From: Treponema sp.
Lineage (GTDB): Bacteria; Spirochaetota; Spirochaetia; Treponematales; Treponemataceae
Reading direction: 5' to 3'
Assembly: GCA_017551545.1 (NCBI GenBank)
Contig: JAFZLJ010000055.1
Span: forward strand, 35-64,034
DNA length: 64,000 bases
Positions 49,917-60,731 of the stretch are shown here, piece by piece. A model generated the notes under the pieces. It saw only the letters and a program-made list of their open reading frames with translations, ran no database searches and was not told the origin of the DNA. Position 1 is the first letter of the stretch, and each line of letters opens with the position of its first letter. Both the position numbers and the translations under genes were made by a program.

Positions 49917-52025
49917 ATGAAAAAATTATTATTTTCTCTGTTTTTTTTGTTTTCAATTTTCTGTTTAAATGCAGGTGTAAAAATAACAACGGGTGAATAT
50001 GTTTGTGATGAAACAGATATAGAAAAAGGTGCTATACAAAAACTGACTGTTACACGCGAATACCGTTCTGCTACTCCTGTTGTCGGCAGCTTTGGAATTG
50101 GCTGGTCCACAAATCTTGATGAAAGAATTATCATATGTGTTTCTCCACCTTCAGAAGAACTATATGATATACTGGTTCGAATTGTTGATATGCGTCAAAG
50201 TATAGTTTCTCAATATGAAGAATCAATTAAAGAAAGTTATGAGGTGGATGATCCCTATAAGGTAGTTGAAGAATTAAAAGGCAGACAGAAAAGAGTTGTT
50301 TCTATTAAAAATGAACTTATAGGACTAAAAGACGAACTGCTGGGAATGCAAGGTTTTATGCCTGCCGGAAGCGAAGATGAACGATTGATTACAGAAAATA
50401 TAGAATCGTGTGATAAGGGAATAGAAGATGCAGATAAAAAGTTTGAAGAGCTTGATGAGTCTATAAAAGAAGCACAAGAAGTACTTGGAAAACTTGAGGG
50501 AGTAAAAAAACAATTAGATGAAGATACTAACAAGAAAATAAAAATGGAGGAAGAAATAACAATATCAAATATCAGAAAAGAGCGAAATAAAAAGGCTATG
50601 TTTAAAGGTATGGAGTCCTGGTATGAAGAGACAGGAATTGAAACAATTCAATATATAGATGACAAAGGATATCCTAACCTTATGTATGAAAGTAAGAAAT
50701 ACAAGGATGTCTGGGAGCCTGAGTCCGGAGAGTATCTTTGCTATTATAGAAACGGCAACTATTTTGTTGAAGATACCTCGGGTCAGACTAAGGTTTTTGA
50801 TTTTTATGGATTCCTTGTAAAGATAATAGATAGATATGGTAATCAGATAAACATTATTCGAGATGAGGATGAAAAGATAAGCAGCATAAAATCATCGTTT
50901 GGAGAAAGCTTTACGGTCGAATATGAAAACTCATTTATTAAATCAATTACAAATGACCGTGATCCTTCTGAAAAATATGTTTATTTTTATGATGGTGACA
51001 GAATGACAGGAGTTACAGATTCAGATGGAGATTATGTTTCTTATGGTTACAATGAGTTTGGACTTTTAGATTCCATGAACAAAAATGATGGAAGCTGTTA
51101 CAGGATTCTTTATGATGACAAGATTTTAAAAGGAAGTGTTGTTGCTACTGCACTTGTAAACGAAGATGGAAAAGCACAAAGGTTTGAATTCAATTTTAAA
51201 GATAGAATAACAACTTTTATAGACAGAGATGGTAACCGAACAACATATTACTACAATAAAAATCAAAAAACCATAAAAGAAGAATATGAGTATGCTTCTG
51301 AAGACTATGTGCCGCAAAACAATCAGACAGAAGATAGTAACACAAAAGGAATTCAGCAATATGATGATTTAGTTTATGATCAGGAAAATAATGTTCTGGA
51401 ATTAAAGAATAAAGGCAAAACTGTTTATAAATATACGTTTAATTCAAAAGGACAGGTAATTGCTTTTTATGATTCTACAGAAGGAAAAGGTGTTACACAT
51501 ACTTATGAATATGACTCTTTTGGAAACAGAATAAAAGATTCTACAAGCAAAAAAAATGCAATTGTTATGGAATATGATGCACGTAACAGACTTGTACGAG
51601 TAAAACAGAATAAGAAAGTGATTTTAAACATTGCTTATGAAAATAATGGAAAAATAACACGAAGAACTTATTCAAACGGGCTTGTAATTGAAATGGAACA
51701 AAATGGCCGCAAAGATATAATCCGCATGACTATAACAGATACTAAAACCGGTAAAAAGATTCAGACCGAAGTTGAATACAATAGGCATCACATTCCGCTA
51801 AATGTATATAAGGGCGATGGTACAACAAGAAAACTTGTAAAAACCTTTACCTACACAGATCAGGACTGGATGATTATGAGCGAAATTGACGGTGTTAAAA
51901 AGACTTATAAACCTTCAGAAAAAAAGCAGGCCGATTTTGAAGATTTGTGGGATATTCCTGATTTTAATGATTCAATTTACTTTGATTCAAAAGCAATGGA
52001 TGAACTTAAGGCCAGCTTGTTTTAG
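49917..52025 (+). CDS. Exported YD/RHS-repeat protein (DUF6531-like N-terminus), no toxin tip
   Basis: Signal peptide; GEYV..ETD..R.YRS...FG.GWS; repeated (Y/F).YD..G motifs; AT-rich. Confidence 0.78.
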   Translation: MKKLLFSLFFLFSIFCLNAGVKITTGEYVCDETDIEKGAIQKLTVTREYRSATPVVGSFGIGWSTNLDERIIICVSPPSEELYDILVRIVDMRQSIVSQYEESIKESYEVDDPYKVVEELKGRQKRVVSIKNELIGLKDELLGMQGFMPAGSEDERLITENIESCDKGIEDADKKFEELDESIKEAQEVLGKLEGVKKQLDEDTNKKIKMEEEITISNIRKERNKKAMFKGMESWYEETGIETIQYIDDKGYPNLMYESKKYKDVWEPESGEYLCYYRNGNYFVEDTSGQTKVFDFYGFLVKIIDRYGNQINIIRDEDEKISSIKSSFGESFTVEYENSFIKSITNDRDPSEKYVYFYDGDRMTGVTDSDGDYVSYGYNEFGLLDSMNKNDGSCYRILYDDKILKGSVVATALVNEDGKAQRFEFNFKDRITTFIDRDGNRTTYYYNKNQKTIKEEYEYASEDYVPQNNQTEDSNTKGIQQYDDLVYDQENNVLELKNKGKTVYKYTFNSKGQVIAFYDSTEGKGVTHTYEYDSFGNRIKDSTSKKNAIVMEYDARNRLVRVKQNKKVILNIAYENNGKITRRTYSNGLVIEMEQNGRKDIIRMTITDTKTGKKIQTEVEYNRHHIPLNVYKGDGTTRKLVKTFTYTDQDWMIMSEIDGVKKTYKPSEKKQADFEDLWDIPDFNDSIYFDSKAMDELKASLF

Positions 52026-52096
52026 TTTGAAGACTGATTGTATTTTTTTTCAAATCTGATTGTTTATAATTGTTTTTTACTATAATATATACTCCT

Positions 52097-53722
52097 ATGA
52101 GTAACGAAAATAACAACGAAAAGAGAGATCCATTGCTCTGTCATTGGGCAGATCAGATGGCTAGTCAGATTATCCGCGAAAAGGGTGATCTTGATTCTTA
52201 CACCTGTGCTTCAGGAATTACACCTTCCGGAACTGTTCATCTTGGAAACTTCCGCGAAATTATTACTGTTGATTTAGTAGTACGTGCCCTTCGCGACCGT
52301 GGTAAAAAGGTTCGCTTTATTTATTCATGGGACGACTACGATGTATTCCGCAAAGTTCCTGCAAATATGCCGGACCCAGAGGTTTTGGAAAAATATCTTA
52401 GATATCCGATTACAGAAGTACCAGATACAACTGGCCGCAATGAAAATTATGCACGTCATCACGAGGTAGATATTGAAACTCAGCTTCCACGCGTTGGAAT
52501 TGCTCCGGAGTTTTTGTACCAGGCAAGCCGTTATCGTGCAAACCGTTATGCAGAAGGAATGCGCAAGGCAATGCAGAACCGCGACGTTATTAAGGAATGC
52601 TTGAACGAATACCGCGATGACGCACACAAAATGAAGCCTGAGGACGTATATTGGCCTGTTTCTATTTTCTGCGGTAAGTGTAACAAAGATACAACAGAAA
52701 TTACAGACTACGACGGCGAATACGGAATTACCTATAAGTGTGAATGCGGCAACTGCAAAACTGCAGATATCCGCGTCTTCAAGGGTGCAAAGCTTGGCTG
52801 GCGTGTTGACTGGCCTATGCGTTGGAACGAAGAAAAAGTAGTATTCGAACCGGGTGGAAAGGATCATATCAGCCCGGGTGGTTCGTACGATACAGCAAAA
52901 TTGGTTTCTAAGAGAATCTACGGCTGGGACGCACCGGTAACAATGCGCTATGACTTTGTAAACTTAAAGGGAGTGCCTGGAAAGATGTCTTCTTCAAAAG
53001 GAAAGGTAATTGCTTTGCCGGACGCACTTGATGTTTACCAGGCAGAAGTACTCCGCTACCTTTTTGCAGGAACTCGTCCAAATACAGAATTTGCTATCAG
53101 CTTTGATATGGATGTTCTTAAGGTTTACGAAGACTACGACAAGACAGAACGTATTGTTTACGGAATAGATAAGGCAAAGAGCGATGATCACTTCAACAAA
53201 GAAAAGAGAATCTACATGCTCAGCCAGATTGACGGAAAGATTCCAGACGTAATGCCATACCAGGTAACAATCCGCCAGCTTACAACATTGCTCCAGATTT
53301 ACTCTGGCGACGTTGATGCTGTTATTAAGGCACTTGGTGACGTAAAGCCTGAACAGGAAGAACGCCTCCACCGCAGAATTGAATGTGCATGGTTCTGGGT
53401 AAAGCATTCGGCTCCAGACTGCGCACCTGATTTCTGTTTTGAACTCCGCAAGGATGGCAGCAAGGCAGACCTTTCAGGCGACATTCTTAAGGCTGTTCAG
53501 CGCGTTCGTGATGAAGTTGTTCCAAAGCTCGATACCTTCCAGATGGACAAGGAGTGCCAGCAGGCAATGTACGACATTGCAACAGAAATGGGACTTGAAT
53601 CAAAAGCCTTGTTCACAGCCCTTTACCAGGCACTCATTGCCAAAGAACAGGGACCACGCTTGGGAAGCTTCTTTAGGATTATTGGTAAAGAGAGATTACA
53701 GAAGATTTTAAGTGTGTATTAG
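52097..53722 (+). CDS. lysS: Lysyl-tRNA synthetase, class I
   Basis: HWAD, ASGITPSG.VHLGNFRE, WRVDWPMRW, GGKDH, KMSSSKG, GPRLG. Confidence 0.96.
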   Translation: MSNENNNEKRDPLLCHWADQMASQIIREKGDLDSYTCASGITPSGTVHLGNFREIITVDLVVRALRDRGKKVRFIYSWDDYDVFRKVPANMPDPEVLEKYLRYPITEVPDTTGRNENYARHHEVDIETQLPRVGIAPEFLYQASRYRANRYAEGMRKAMQNRDVIKECLNEYRDDAHKMKPEDVYWPVSIFCGKCNKDTTEITDYDGEYGITYKCECGNCKTADIRVFKGAKLGWRVDWPMRWNEEKVVFEPGGKDHISPGGSYDTAKLVSKRIYGWDAPVTMRYDFVNLKGVPGKMSSSKGKVIALPDALDVYQAEVLRYLFAGTRPNTEFAISFDMDVLKVYEDYDKTERIVYGIDKAKSDDHFNKEKRIYMLSQIDGKIPDVMPYQVTIRQLTTLLQIYSGDVDAVIKALGDVKPEQEERLHRRIECAWFWVKHSAPDCAPDFCFELRKDGSKADLSGDILKAVQRVRDEVVPKLDTFQMDKECQQAMYDIATEMGLESKALFTALYQALIAKEQGPRLGSFFRIIGKERLQKILSVY

Positions 53723-53726
53723 AAAG

Positions 53727-53841
53727 AGATTGTCGGGTCAAGCCCGACAATGACACAGACAGTCAAGACTGACAATGACACAGACAGTCAAGACTGACAA
53801 TGACACAAGTCTTGTCATTCCCGGGCTTGACCCGGGAATCT
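53727..53841. repeat. REP family A (-), two 25-bp REP-derived tandem units, REP family A (+)
   Basis: 53727-53755; (CAGACAGTCAAGACTGACAATGACA)x2 at 53756-53805; 53813-53841. Confidence 0.92.
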
Positions 53842-53860
53842 CATATTAGAAGAGGTTATC

Positions 53861-55681
53861 ATGGATACAAAGGACCTTTGCCGCGCAATTATTGCAACGG
53901 CATTAAATGAATTTATAAAAGAAAAAGACTCGTCGGCAGCCGTTGTTGACCCGGCTACAATTGTCGTTCAAAACGCCCCAAACCCTGAAATGGGAGACCT
54001 TGGAAGCCCTATGTTTGCATATGCAAAAGCTCTCCGCATGGCTCCTCCTCAGATTGCAGTCGGTGTTGTTGCAAAAATCACAGACAAGTCAATCGGCGAA
54101 TTTATTGCCGTTGGTCCTTATGTAAACGTTAAACTTAATAAAAGCGATGCCGCAGCTCCAATCCTCAAGGCAATCAAAACTCAGGGCGACAGCTACGGTT
54201 CCCTCAACAGTGAAGGCAAAAAGCCACTTGAAGGCCGCCGTGTAATGATTGAGTTTTCTTCTCCAAATACAAACAAACCTCTTCACCTGGGTCACGTACG
54301 CAACGACGCCCTTGGTGAATCTGTAAGCCGCATTCTTAAAGCAGCCGGTGCAGATGTTTACAAGGTAGACCTTATTAATAACCGTGGTGTTCATATTTGT
54401 AAGTCTATGCTTGCATACAAAATGTTCCACGAAGCCGCAGGCGACACACCAGAATCACTTGGAATGAAAGGCGACCATTTTGTAGGTCAGTGCTACGTAG
54501 AGTTTGACAAATATCTTAAAGGCGAAAAAGATAAACCCGAAACAGCTCACCCCGAAGCAAACCAGATGGCAGAAGATATGCTCATCAAATGGGAAGCCGG
54601 CGACAAAGAGGTTCACGCACTTTGGGAAAAAATGAACGGCTGGACCTTTGACGGAATGATGGCAACATATAACCGCACAGGAATCAGCTTTGACAAATAT
54701 TACTTTGAAAGTGAAACCTACCTCAAGGGTAAGGACGAAATATTAAAAGGTCTGGACAAGGGAGTATTCTTCAAAGCTCCGGACGGCTCTGTACGCATAG
54801 ATGTAACAGACGTTGTAGGAAAGGGCAAGGACGAAGACAACCACGAAAAAGTACTCCTTCGCAAAGACGGCACATCAGTTTACATCACACAGGACATTGG
54901 TACTGCAATCAGCCGCCACGACGACTGGGCCTTCAACCAGCTTGTATATGTTGTAGCAAGCGAGCAGAACTACCACTTCAAAATCCTCTTCCATATCTTA
55001 AAGAAGCTTGGTTTTGACTGGGCAGACAAGCTCTATCATCTTAGCTACGGTCTTGTAAACTTACCAAGCGGAAGAATGAAGAGCCGCGAAGGAACTGTAG
55101 TAGATGCCGACGATCTTATAGACTCACTCCACGCAGATGCCTTAGCCGCAATTAAAGAACGTGGCCGCGACAGCGAAGTAGGAGACGCCGACGAGGTAGC
55201 AGAAAAAGTAGCACTTGGAGCCCTTCATTACTACATGCTTCAGGCAACACCGATTAAAGACATGCTCTTTAATCCCGAAGAATCACTGAGTTTTAATGGA
55301 AATACAGGTCCATATCTTCAGTATATGGGTGCACGCATAAATTCAATCTTAGGTAAAGCTCCAGAAGCAGGCATTACACCGGACGAATCTGACGAAGCAG
55401 TTGCCCTGTTGACCTCGGAAGACGAATGGGCACTCATCAAACAGCTGGGCGACTTCCCGACAGCAATCGAAAAATCAGCTGAAAACCTTGACCCAAGCAC
55501 AATTGCAGCCTATGTTTATGATACAGCAAAGCTTTTCAGCAAGTTCTATCAGACCTGTTCAATCGTAAATGCAGAAAGCAAGCAGCTTGCCGGGGCACGT
55601 CTCTACTTAGCATCTTGTACTCTTCAGGTAATCAAGAATGCAATGAAGCTTGTACTTGTTCCTTATCTTGAAAGAATGTAA
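53861..55681 (+). CDS. argS: Arginyl-tRNA synthetase
   Basis: [52 protein letters not shown]-terminus. Confidence 0.96.
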   Translation: MDTKDLCRAIIATALNEFIKEKDSSAAVVDPATIVVQNAPNPEMGDLGSPMFAYAKALRMAPPQIAVGVVAKITDKSIGEFIAVGPYVNVKLNKSDAAAPILKAIKTQGDSYGSLNSEGKKPLEGRRVMIEFSSPNTNKPLHLGHVRNDALGESVSRILKAAGADVYKVDLINNRGVHICKSMLAYKMFHEAAGDTPESLGMKGDHFVGQCYVEFDKYLKGEKDKPETAHPEANQMAEDMLIKWEAGDKEVHALWEKMNGWTFDGMMATYNRTGISFDKYYFESETYLKGKDEILKGLDKGVFFKAPDGSVRIDVTDVVGKGKDEDNHEKVLLRKDGTSVYITQDIGTAISRHDDWAFNQLVYVVASEQNYHFKILFHILKKLGFDWADKLYHLSYGLVNLPSGRMKSREGTVVDADDLIDSLHADALAAIKERGRDSEVGDADEVAEKVALGALHYYMLQATPIKDMLFNPEESLSFNGNTGPYLQYMGARINSILGKAPEAGITPDESDEAVALLTSEDEWALIKQLGDFPTAIEKSAENLDPSTIAAYVYDTAKLFSKFYQTCSIVNAESKQLAGARLYLASCTLQVIKNAMKLVLVPYLERM

Positions 55682-55746
55682 ACTGTAAATTAAATAATTG
55701 TTCTTCGTCTTTAGGTCTGCCGATAATAGAAAAGGAGACCCTTTTT

Positions 55747-57783
55747 ATGAAACTGCGGAATAAATTTCTATTGATTACCTTTTTCTCAGTAATTCAGGTT
55801 GCGGTAATTTCTGCATTGTCGCTCACTGGTTTTAAATCTATTCAGCATTATAAAGATTATCAGCTTGTTCAGTCTCAAACCCAGAAACAATTAAGCGAAA
55901 TGATTAATTATCTTGATGGCATGGAAAACTGGGGTTTTGACCAAAAGACTGCCTGGCTTGAATGGCATAACATGTCAATTTCGCTGAATAAAAATATTGA
56001 TATTTATTTAAATGATTCTTCCATAAAGCATTTCCCGGCTGAATATTTGCAGAATATTAATCAGGCAAAAAATCTTTTTAATTCTTTTACAAACGGATTC
56101 GGAAACCTTGAAGCAAAGCTTATAGATATGGAAGCATTAACTTTAGATAACAATACCTACATGCAGGTTCAGAAATTTGGAATAAAAGAAGCATACAGAT
56201 ATCTTTCTGATGATCCTAATATAGCAAAGCTTATGGAGCTTGCACAGTCGGCAAGTTATGATGTTTCTGAAATCAGACGGAATTATTCTCTTCTTTCAAT
56301 TGTAACAGACCAGTCTTACGAAATGATTGATTCGATTATTGGAAAGCAGGAAAAAATCATTTCTCTTATGATTCTGGTTATTGCTGTTTTTGCATGTGTA
56401 AGTATAAGCTTTTTCATTCTTTCAATAACTACACGAATTGCACGTAGAATTATCAGAGTGCGCGATATGACTTCTACTCTGGCCGAAAAGGATTTTACTG
56501 CAAGTGTTGTTCCTAAAGGAAGTAATGAAATAAGGTCTCTTATGCAGAATATTAACAACATGGTTGATCAGATAAATGCATTCTTTACTGTTGTTAAAGT
56601 TACTGCTTCAAGAGCAATTTCTTCTGGTTATACAATTAATGATGCTGCCAACAGTACAGCAGCTGCAACTGCGGCAATTGATGAAAATATTCAGAAAATA
56701 ATGACCCAGTTTGACCAGATGATTGAAACAGTCGGAAAGGCCGTAATGGTTATTTCGAACATGAATATTCAGGTTAATACACTTGTAAGTAATAATGAAG
56801 TTCAGGCGCTTGCAATAGAAGAAAGCTCTAAGGCTGTAAATGAAGCTGCAGGAACTCTTGAGCATATAAAATCAATGGCAACAGAACGTTCAAGCATGGC
56901 TCAGGAAATGCACTCACTGATTACAGATGGTGATGAAAAAATCTCGAGCACAAATGATCTTCTTACAGTTATTTCTAATCAGCTTGACCAGGTAAAAGAA
57001 GTAATTGATATTATTGATAACGTTGCAGAACAGACAAACCTTCTTTCTATGAATGCTGCAATTGAATCGGCACATGCAGGTGAAGCTGGAAAAGGATTTG
57101 CCGTAGTTGCAGAAGAAATCAGAACGCTTGCCGAAAATACATCAGAAAATGCGGGAACAATTGCTAGTGTAATTAATGGAATTATTGAATCTGTAAATAA
57201 CGCAAATAAATCAAGTAACGAAGCTTCTGTAGCATTCCGTAAAGTAAGTAAATATGCCGATGATGTTGTTTCATCTTTAAAAGAAATCACTACAGGAATT
57301 GAAAGTATTGATACTCAGATGCAGCAGATTAAAGTAAAGAGTGAAGAAGAGTTTGCCGCTGCAGATAAGATTAATACTTATTGTAAAGACCTTGCAGAAC
57401 AGCAGCGATCTGTTTCAAGAGACGTAGATGCAATGAATGATAAGTTCTTTGAAGCAACTTCTGCAATTAAGAAAATCAAAGAAGGCACTACAGATATTGT
57501 TGAACGAATGATGGGTGTTAGTGTTGCAAGTAAAGAAAGCTACAAGAACATGACCGATCTTGAAAATATCCTTGAAGAATTCAAAACAAAAGAAACTGTT
57601 GATGAAGCTGTAAAAGAAGCAGATGAAGAAAGCGTAATAGAAACTCCTGTTTCAACAGAACTTACAGAAGAGTTTATTGAAGAACAAAAACTTCTTGCAG
57701 AAAAGGGCCTTGAAGCAGCCGGAGAAGCTGGACTCGAAGAAATTGAGTTTGATCTTGAATCAGTTGAAGAATATAAGGGCTAA
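55747..57783 (+). CDS. Methyl-accepting chemotaxis protein
   Basis: Two TMs, [41 protein letters not shown]. Confidence 0.95.
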   Translation: MKLRNKFLLITFFSVIQVAVISALSLTGFKSIQHYKDYQLVQSQTQKQLSEMINYLDGMENWGFDQKTAWLEWHNMSISLNKNIDIYLNDSSIKHFPAEYLQNINQAKNLFNSFTNGFGNLEAKLIDMEALTLDNNTYMQVQKFGIKEAYRYLSDDPNIAKLMELAQSASYDVSEIRRNYSLLSIVTDQSYEMIDSIIGKQEKIISLMILVIAVFACVSISFFILSITTRIARRIIRVRDMTSTLAEKDFTASVVPKGSNEIRSLMQNINNMVDQINAFFTVVKVTASRAISSGYTINDAANSTAAATAAIDENIQKIMTQFDQMIETVGKAVMVISNMNIQVNTLVSNNEVQALAIEESSKAVNEAAGTLEHIKSMATERSSMAQEMHSLITDGDEKISSTNDLLTVISNQLDQVKEVIDIIDNVAEQTNLLSMNAAIESAHAGEAGKGFAVVAEEIRTLAENTSENAGTIASVINGIIESVNNANKSSNEASVAFRKVSKYADDVVSSLKEITTGIESIDTQMQQIKVKSEEEFAAADKINTYCKDLAEQQRSVSRDVDAMNDKFFEATSAIKKIKEGTTDIVERMMGVSVASKESYKNMTDLENILEEFKTKETVDEAVKEADEESVIETPVSTELTEEFIEEQKLLAEKGLEAAGEAGLEEIEFDLESVEEYKG

Positions 57784-58560
57784 AGAAACAATATACGGCA
57801 GAGAAAGCAAAACAGAAGAAGGAATGCCTGGTATAAAGTTTTGTATGTAAACAGCTCCAAAATCAACGGCACAGAAAATAAGAGCATAAAGTGCTATAAG
57901 CGGGAGCTTTCTTTTTCCCATAAAAACTGCTGCCAGTGCAAGCCATCCTTTCCCGCTTGCAAGATTCGGAACAAAAGAAGAAATCCTTAAAACAAGAAAA
58001 CTTCCGGCAAAGCTTGCAAAAAATCCGCTTATTCCCCAGGATGCAATTCTATAAATGGCAGGGGAAACTCCGCGCACAAGAAGAACATCAGGATTACTTC
58101 CGGTGATTCTAAAATATATTCCGCCCTTTGCTTTTTTAATATAAACTACAGCAGCCGTAATAAGTGCAGCTGTAATTAATGTTGTCGAAATATTTACCGG
58201 TACCAGATGATAAACAAAGCCTGGTGAAGAAAGAACTCCTCTTGTTCCAAAACAAAGCCACGAAAAAAGCGATGTAAACGAACTAAAAAGAAGATTTACT
58301 GCAATGGCTGCAATAAAAGTATTTGCACGTGCTTTTTCAATAATCAGTGCAATAACAAGGCATAGCAAAACTGAAATTATGGCAGACAAAGTCATACCTG
58401 CTGCTACAGACCCTGTTGCGACTGTAAATGCATAAGTTAAAAATCCGGAAAATGATATGAGCCCATCCATAAAAAGTGCAAGACAACCGGCATATTCACT
58501 GAATAAAGCGCCTGTTGCAGCAAGAAGAAGCGGACATGAAAAACCTAAGAAGTTAAGCAT
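57760..58560 (-). CDS. Nucleoside/simple-sugar ABC permease
   Basis: [13 protein letters not shown]......[14 protein letters not shown]; SD AGGAGG. Confidence 0.85.
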   Translation of the reverse strand: MLNFLGFSCPLLLAATGALFSEYAGCLALFMDGLISFSGFLTYAFTVATGSVAAGMTLSAIISVLLCLVIALIIEKARANTFIAAIAVNLLFSSFTSLFSWLCFGTRGVLSSPGFVYHLVPVNISTTLITAALITAAVVYIKKAKGGIYFRITGSNPDVLLVRGVSPAIYRIASWGISGFFASFAGSFLVLRISSFVPNLASGKGWLALAAVFMGKRKLPLIALYALIFCAVDFGAVYIQNFIPGIPSSVLLSLPYIVSLALIFFN

Positions 58561-59443
58561 TTTCATTCCTCCTTTTATGAGGCGCATACAAAAGCGAAAT
58601 TGAAAAAAGTATTATTGCCTGAATGAGCGTGTTTACATCAAAATCGAGGTTTGAATAAAGTGCAAATTTTCCTGAGTAAGTCATAAGCGACGAAATTAAA
58701 ATAGAAACAGGAATTACAAGGGCAGGTCTTGTTCTTGCAATCATTGCTACAGAAAGAGCGTTCCAGCCTAAGCCTGCATAAAAGCTTGTGTGGCATGTAA
58801 AATATATTCCACAGATTGCAGTGGCGCCGGCAAGTGAATGAAGAGAACCGCAGGCAGCTGCAGCAGTAAATGTTATTTTGTTGCAGTTGAATCCGGAATA
58901 AAAAGAAAACTGAGGACTGATGCCGTAAATCTGAGTTTGTTTACCAAAACGTGTTTTTATAAAGAAAAGTTCGAGCAAAATACATAATGCAATTGCTCCA
59001 AAAATGGTGCAGTTCAAAGGGGAAGGCTTTAATATGCTTGCAAAACGATATTGCTGTACAAGATACGGAGTTGCAAGAAGGTTTCCTGTTTTAGTTCTGA
59101 ATGGACCTGAAATAAGGCCGTCAATAAGCGGAATGATTGCAGAAGAGGTTATAAAGGTTGTAAGAAGAAAATCGGCATGCTTGAGCTTATAAAGCAGTTC
59201 ACAGAAAATAAGAATTAGCGCACCTGCTGCAGCCGAAATTATAAACGCGAATGAAACTGCAAAAAAGGCCGGAATATGAACTTTTGCAAACAAGTCGAGC
59301 AGCACGGCACATAAAAAGCCTCCAAGATAAATAAGGCCTTCTCCAGCCAGATTTATGCGTCCTGTTTTAAGTGAAAAAGCAGCTCCTGAACCTGCGAGCA
59401 TATAAATTGCAGAAAGGCTTAGCATAAGTCCAAAGTAGTACAT
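58553..59443 (-). CDS. Nucleoside/simple-sugar ABC permease
   Basis: G.INL.GEG.IY.GG, KT.FG, G.GW....VA..A..P. Confidence 0.82.
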   Translation of the reverse strand: MYYFGLMLSLSAIYMLAGSGAAFSLKTGRINLAGEGLIYLGGFLCAVLLDLFAKVHIPAFFAVSFAFIISAAAGALILIFCELLYKLKHADFLLTTFITSSAIIPLIDGLISGPFRTKTGNLLATPYLVQQYRFASILKPSPLNCTIFGAIALCILLELFFIKTRFGKQTQIYGISPQFSFYSGFNCNKITFTAAAACGSLHSLAGATAICGIYFTCHTSFYAGLGWNALSVAMIARTRPALVIPVSILISSLMTYSGKFALYSNLDFDVNTLIQAIILFSISLLYAPHKRRNENA

Positions 59444-60651
59444 TACACAGCCTCCAGGTTTCCGTCTTTTAATCTGTATTCTACATCGCAATATTCAGAA
59501 GGCCAGGCACCATAAGAAAGGACAAGAACATAGGCTCCGTTTTGAGCAGCTTTTTGTATTCGTTCACAAGTTTTCTGGCAGGTGTTTACATCAAGTCCCT
59601 GAAGCGGATTACATAAAATTAACAGTTCCGGATTTCCGTAAAGCTCTCGTTCAAACATAAGCTTTTGAAGCATGCCTCCGGAAAGACTTGAACATTTTTC
59701 CTGTGGTGTTATGTCTACTCCGCTTGAGTTTATCATTTGAAGGGCAGCAGCAGGTTTCTGGCTTTCGGGAATATCAAGTGAACTTGTAAGCATCTGTTCA
59801 ATTGTAAGGTTTGGAGAAGAACCGGTGAACTTTCTGTCTGTAGGGATAAGTGCTGTTTTAAAAGCGAACTCATGATGTGAGCGCATATTTATAAGTGATT
59901 TTTCAAGTTTATCAAGGCCATCTTCTGCAAGACCTTTTATAAGTGTAATTCTACCGTTGTTGCTCTGTGATATGGGGTCACCAAATGACCCGTGATCTCC
60001 GAGTTTGTCGAAGGGGTTCCCTGCAGGCACAATCTTCCCATCTTTAATATAATCAACTGTGTCGCAGTATTTTTCTGCTTCATCGTAATTATGGGTGATG
60101 ATAATGATGTTCATTCCTTCACCCGCAAGAAGCCTGAGCTTTTCGAAAAGAAAAATCCTCTGATTGTCATCAAGCAGGGCAGAAGGTTCATCAAGAATAA
60201 GAATCTTTGGCTTTTTTATAAGGGCACTTGTGAGCGCAATAAAAAATCGTGTATCGGCTCCGTGTTTTAATACAAGTGAATTAAGGTTTACTTCGGGCAG
60301 CCATTTTTCTGCTTCAGGTTTTAGCAAAAGCTTTTGTTCTTTGTTCAGCCCGAGTAAAAGATTTTCTTTAACAGTAATGTAATCTGCAAGCATAGGCCGC
60401 TGATGAACATAACAGATTCCGTTTTGAATTGCATCTTTTGGGGTACGAAAAACAACAGGCTTCCCGTCTAAAAGAATTGTTCCGCTGTCTGGTGAAAGTT
60501 CGCCGCAGATAATATTTGCAGCAGTTGATTTTCCGGCTCCGTTTTCTCCTAAAAGTGCATGAAGCTGTCCTTCATTAAAACAAAGACTTAATTTATTGAG
60601 AACAGTTTTTTTAGAAAAATGCAGACAAATCTGTCTAAGTTCAAGCGTCAT
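59443..60651 (-). CDS. CUT2-type ABC ATP-binding protein, shortened and degenerate
   Basis: HALLGENGAGKST, LILDEPS..L, IITH, second-half IP.DR and LSGG..QK. Confidence 0.85.
   Translation of the reverse strand: MTLELRQICLHFSKKTVLNKLSLCFNEGQLHALLGENGAGKSTAANIICGELSPDSGTILLDGKPVVFRTPKDAIQNGICYVHQRPMLADYITVKENLLLGLNKEQKLLLKPEAEKWLPEVNLNSLVLKHGADTRFFIALTSALIKKPKILILDEPSALLDDNQRIFLFEKLRLLAGEGMNIIIITHNYDEAEKYCDTVDYIKDGKIVPAGNPFDKLGDHGSFGDPISQSNNGRITLIKGLAEDGLDKLEKSLINMRSHHEFAFKTALIPTDRKFTGSSPNLTIEQMLTSSLDIPESQKPAAALQMINSSGVDITPQEKCSSLSGGMLQKLMFERELYGNPELLILCNPLQGLDVNTCQKTCERIQKAAQNGAYVLVLSYGAWPSEYCDVEYRLKDGNLEAV
59994..60015. repeat. Degenerate REP family C copy in frame in the ATPase linker
   Basis: GATCTCCGAGTTTGTCGAAGGG; the minus strand reads PFDKLGD. 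Confidence 0.65.
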
Positions 60652-60661
60652 ATCATTTTGT

Positions 60662-60725
60662 GGATTGCCACGGCCTTCGGCCTCGCAATGACGTTATTGC
60701 GAGGAGCGAAGCGACGTGGCAATCC
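60662..60725. repeat. REP family B pair
   Basis: 60662-60692 minus copy directly abutting the 60693-60725 plus copy. Confidence 0.9.
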
Positions 60726-60731
60726 AGTTTT

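Noticed and set aside
49917-52025. Polymorphic RHS toxin-immunity locus
   Set aside because: No PxxxxDPxG cleavage motif, no toxin domain and no adjacent immunity ORF.
53727-53841. Possible mini CRISPR array
   Set aside because: The units are contiguous identical 25-mers with no unique spacers, they derive from REP family A, and there are no cas genes.
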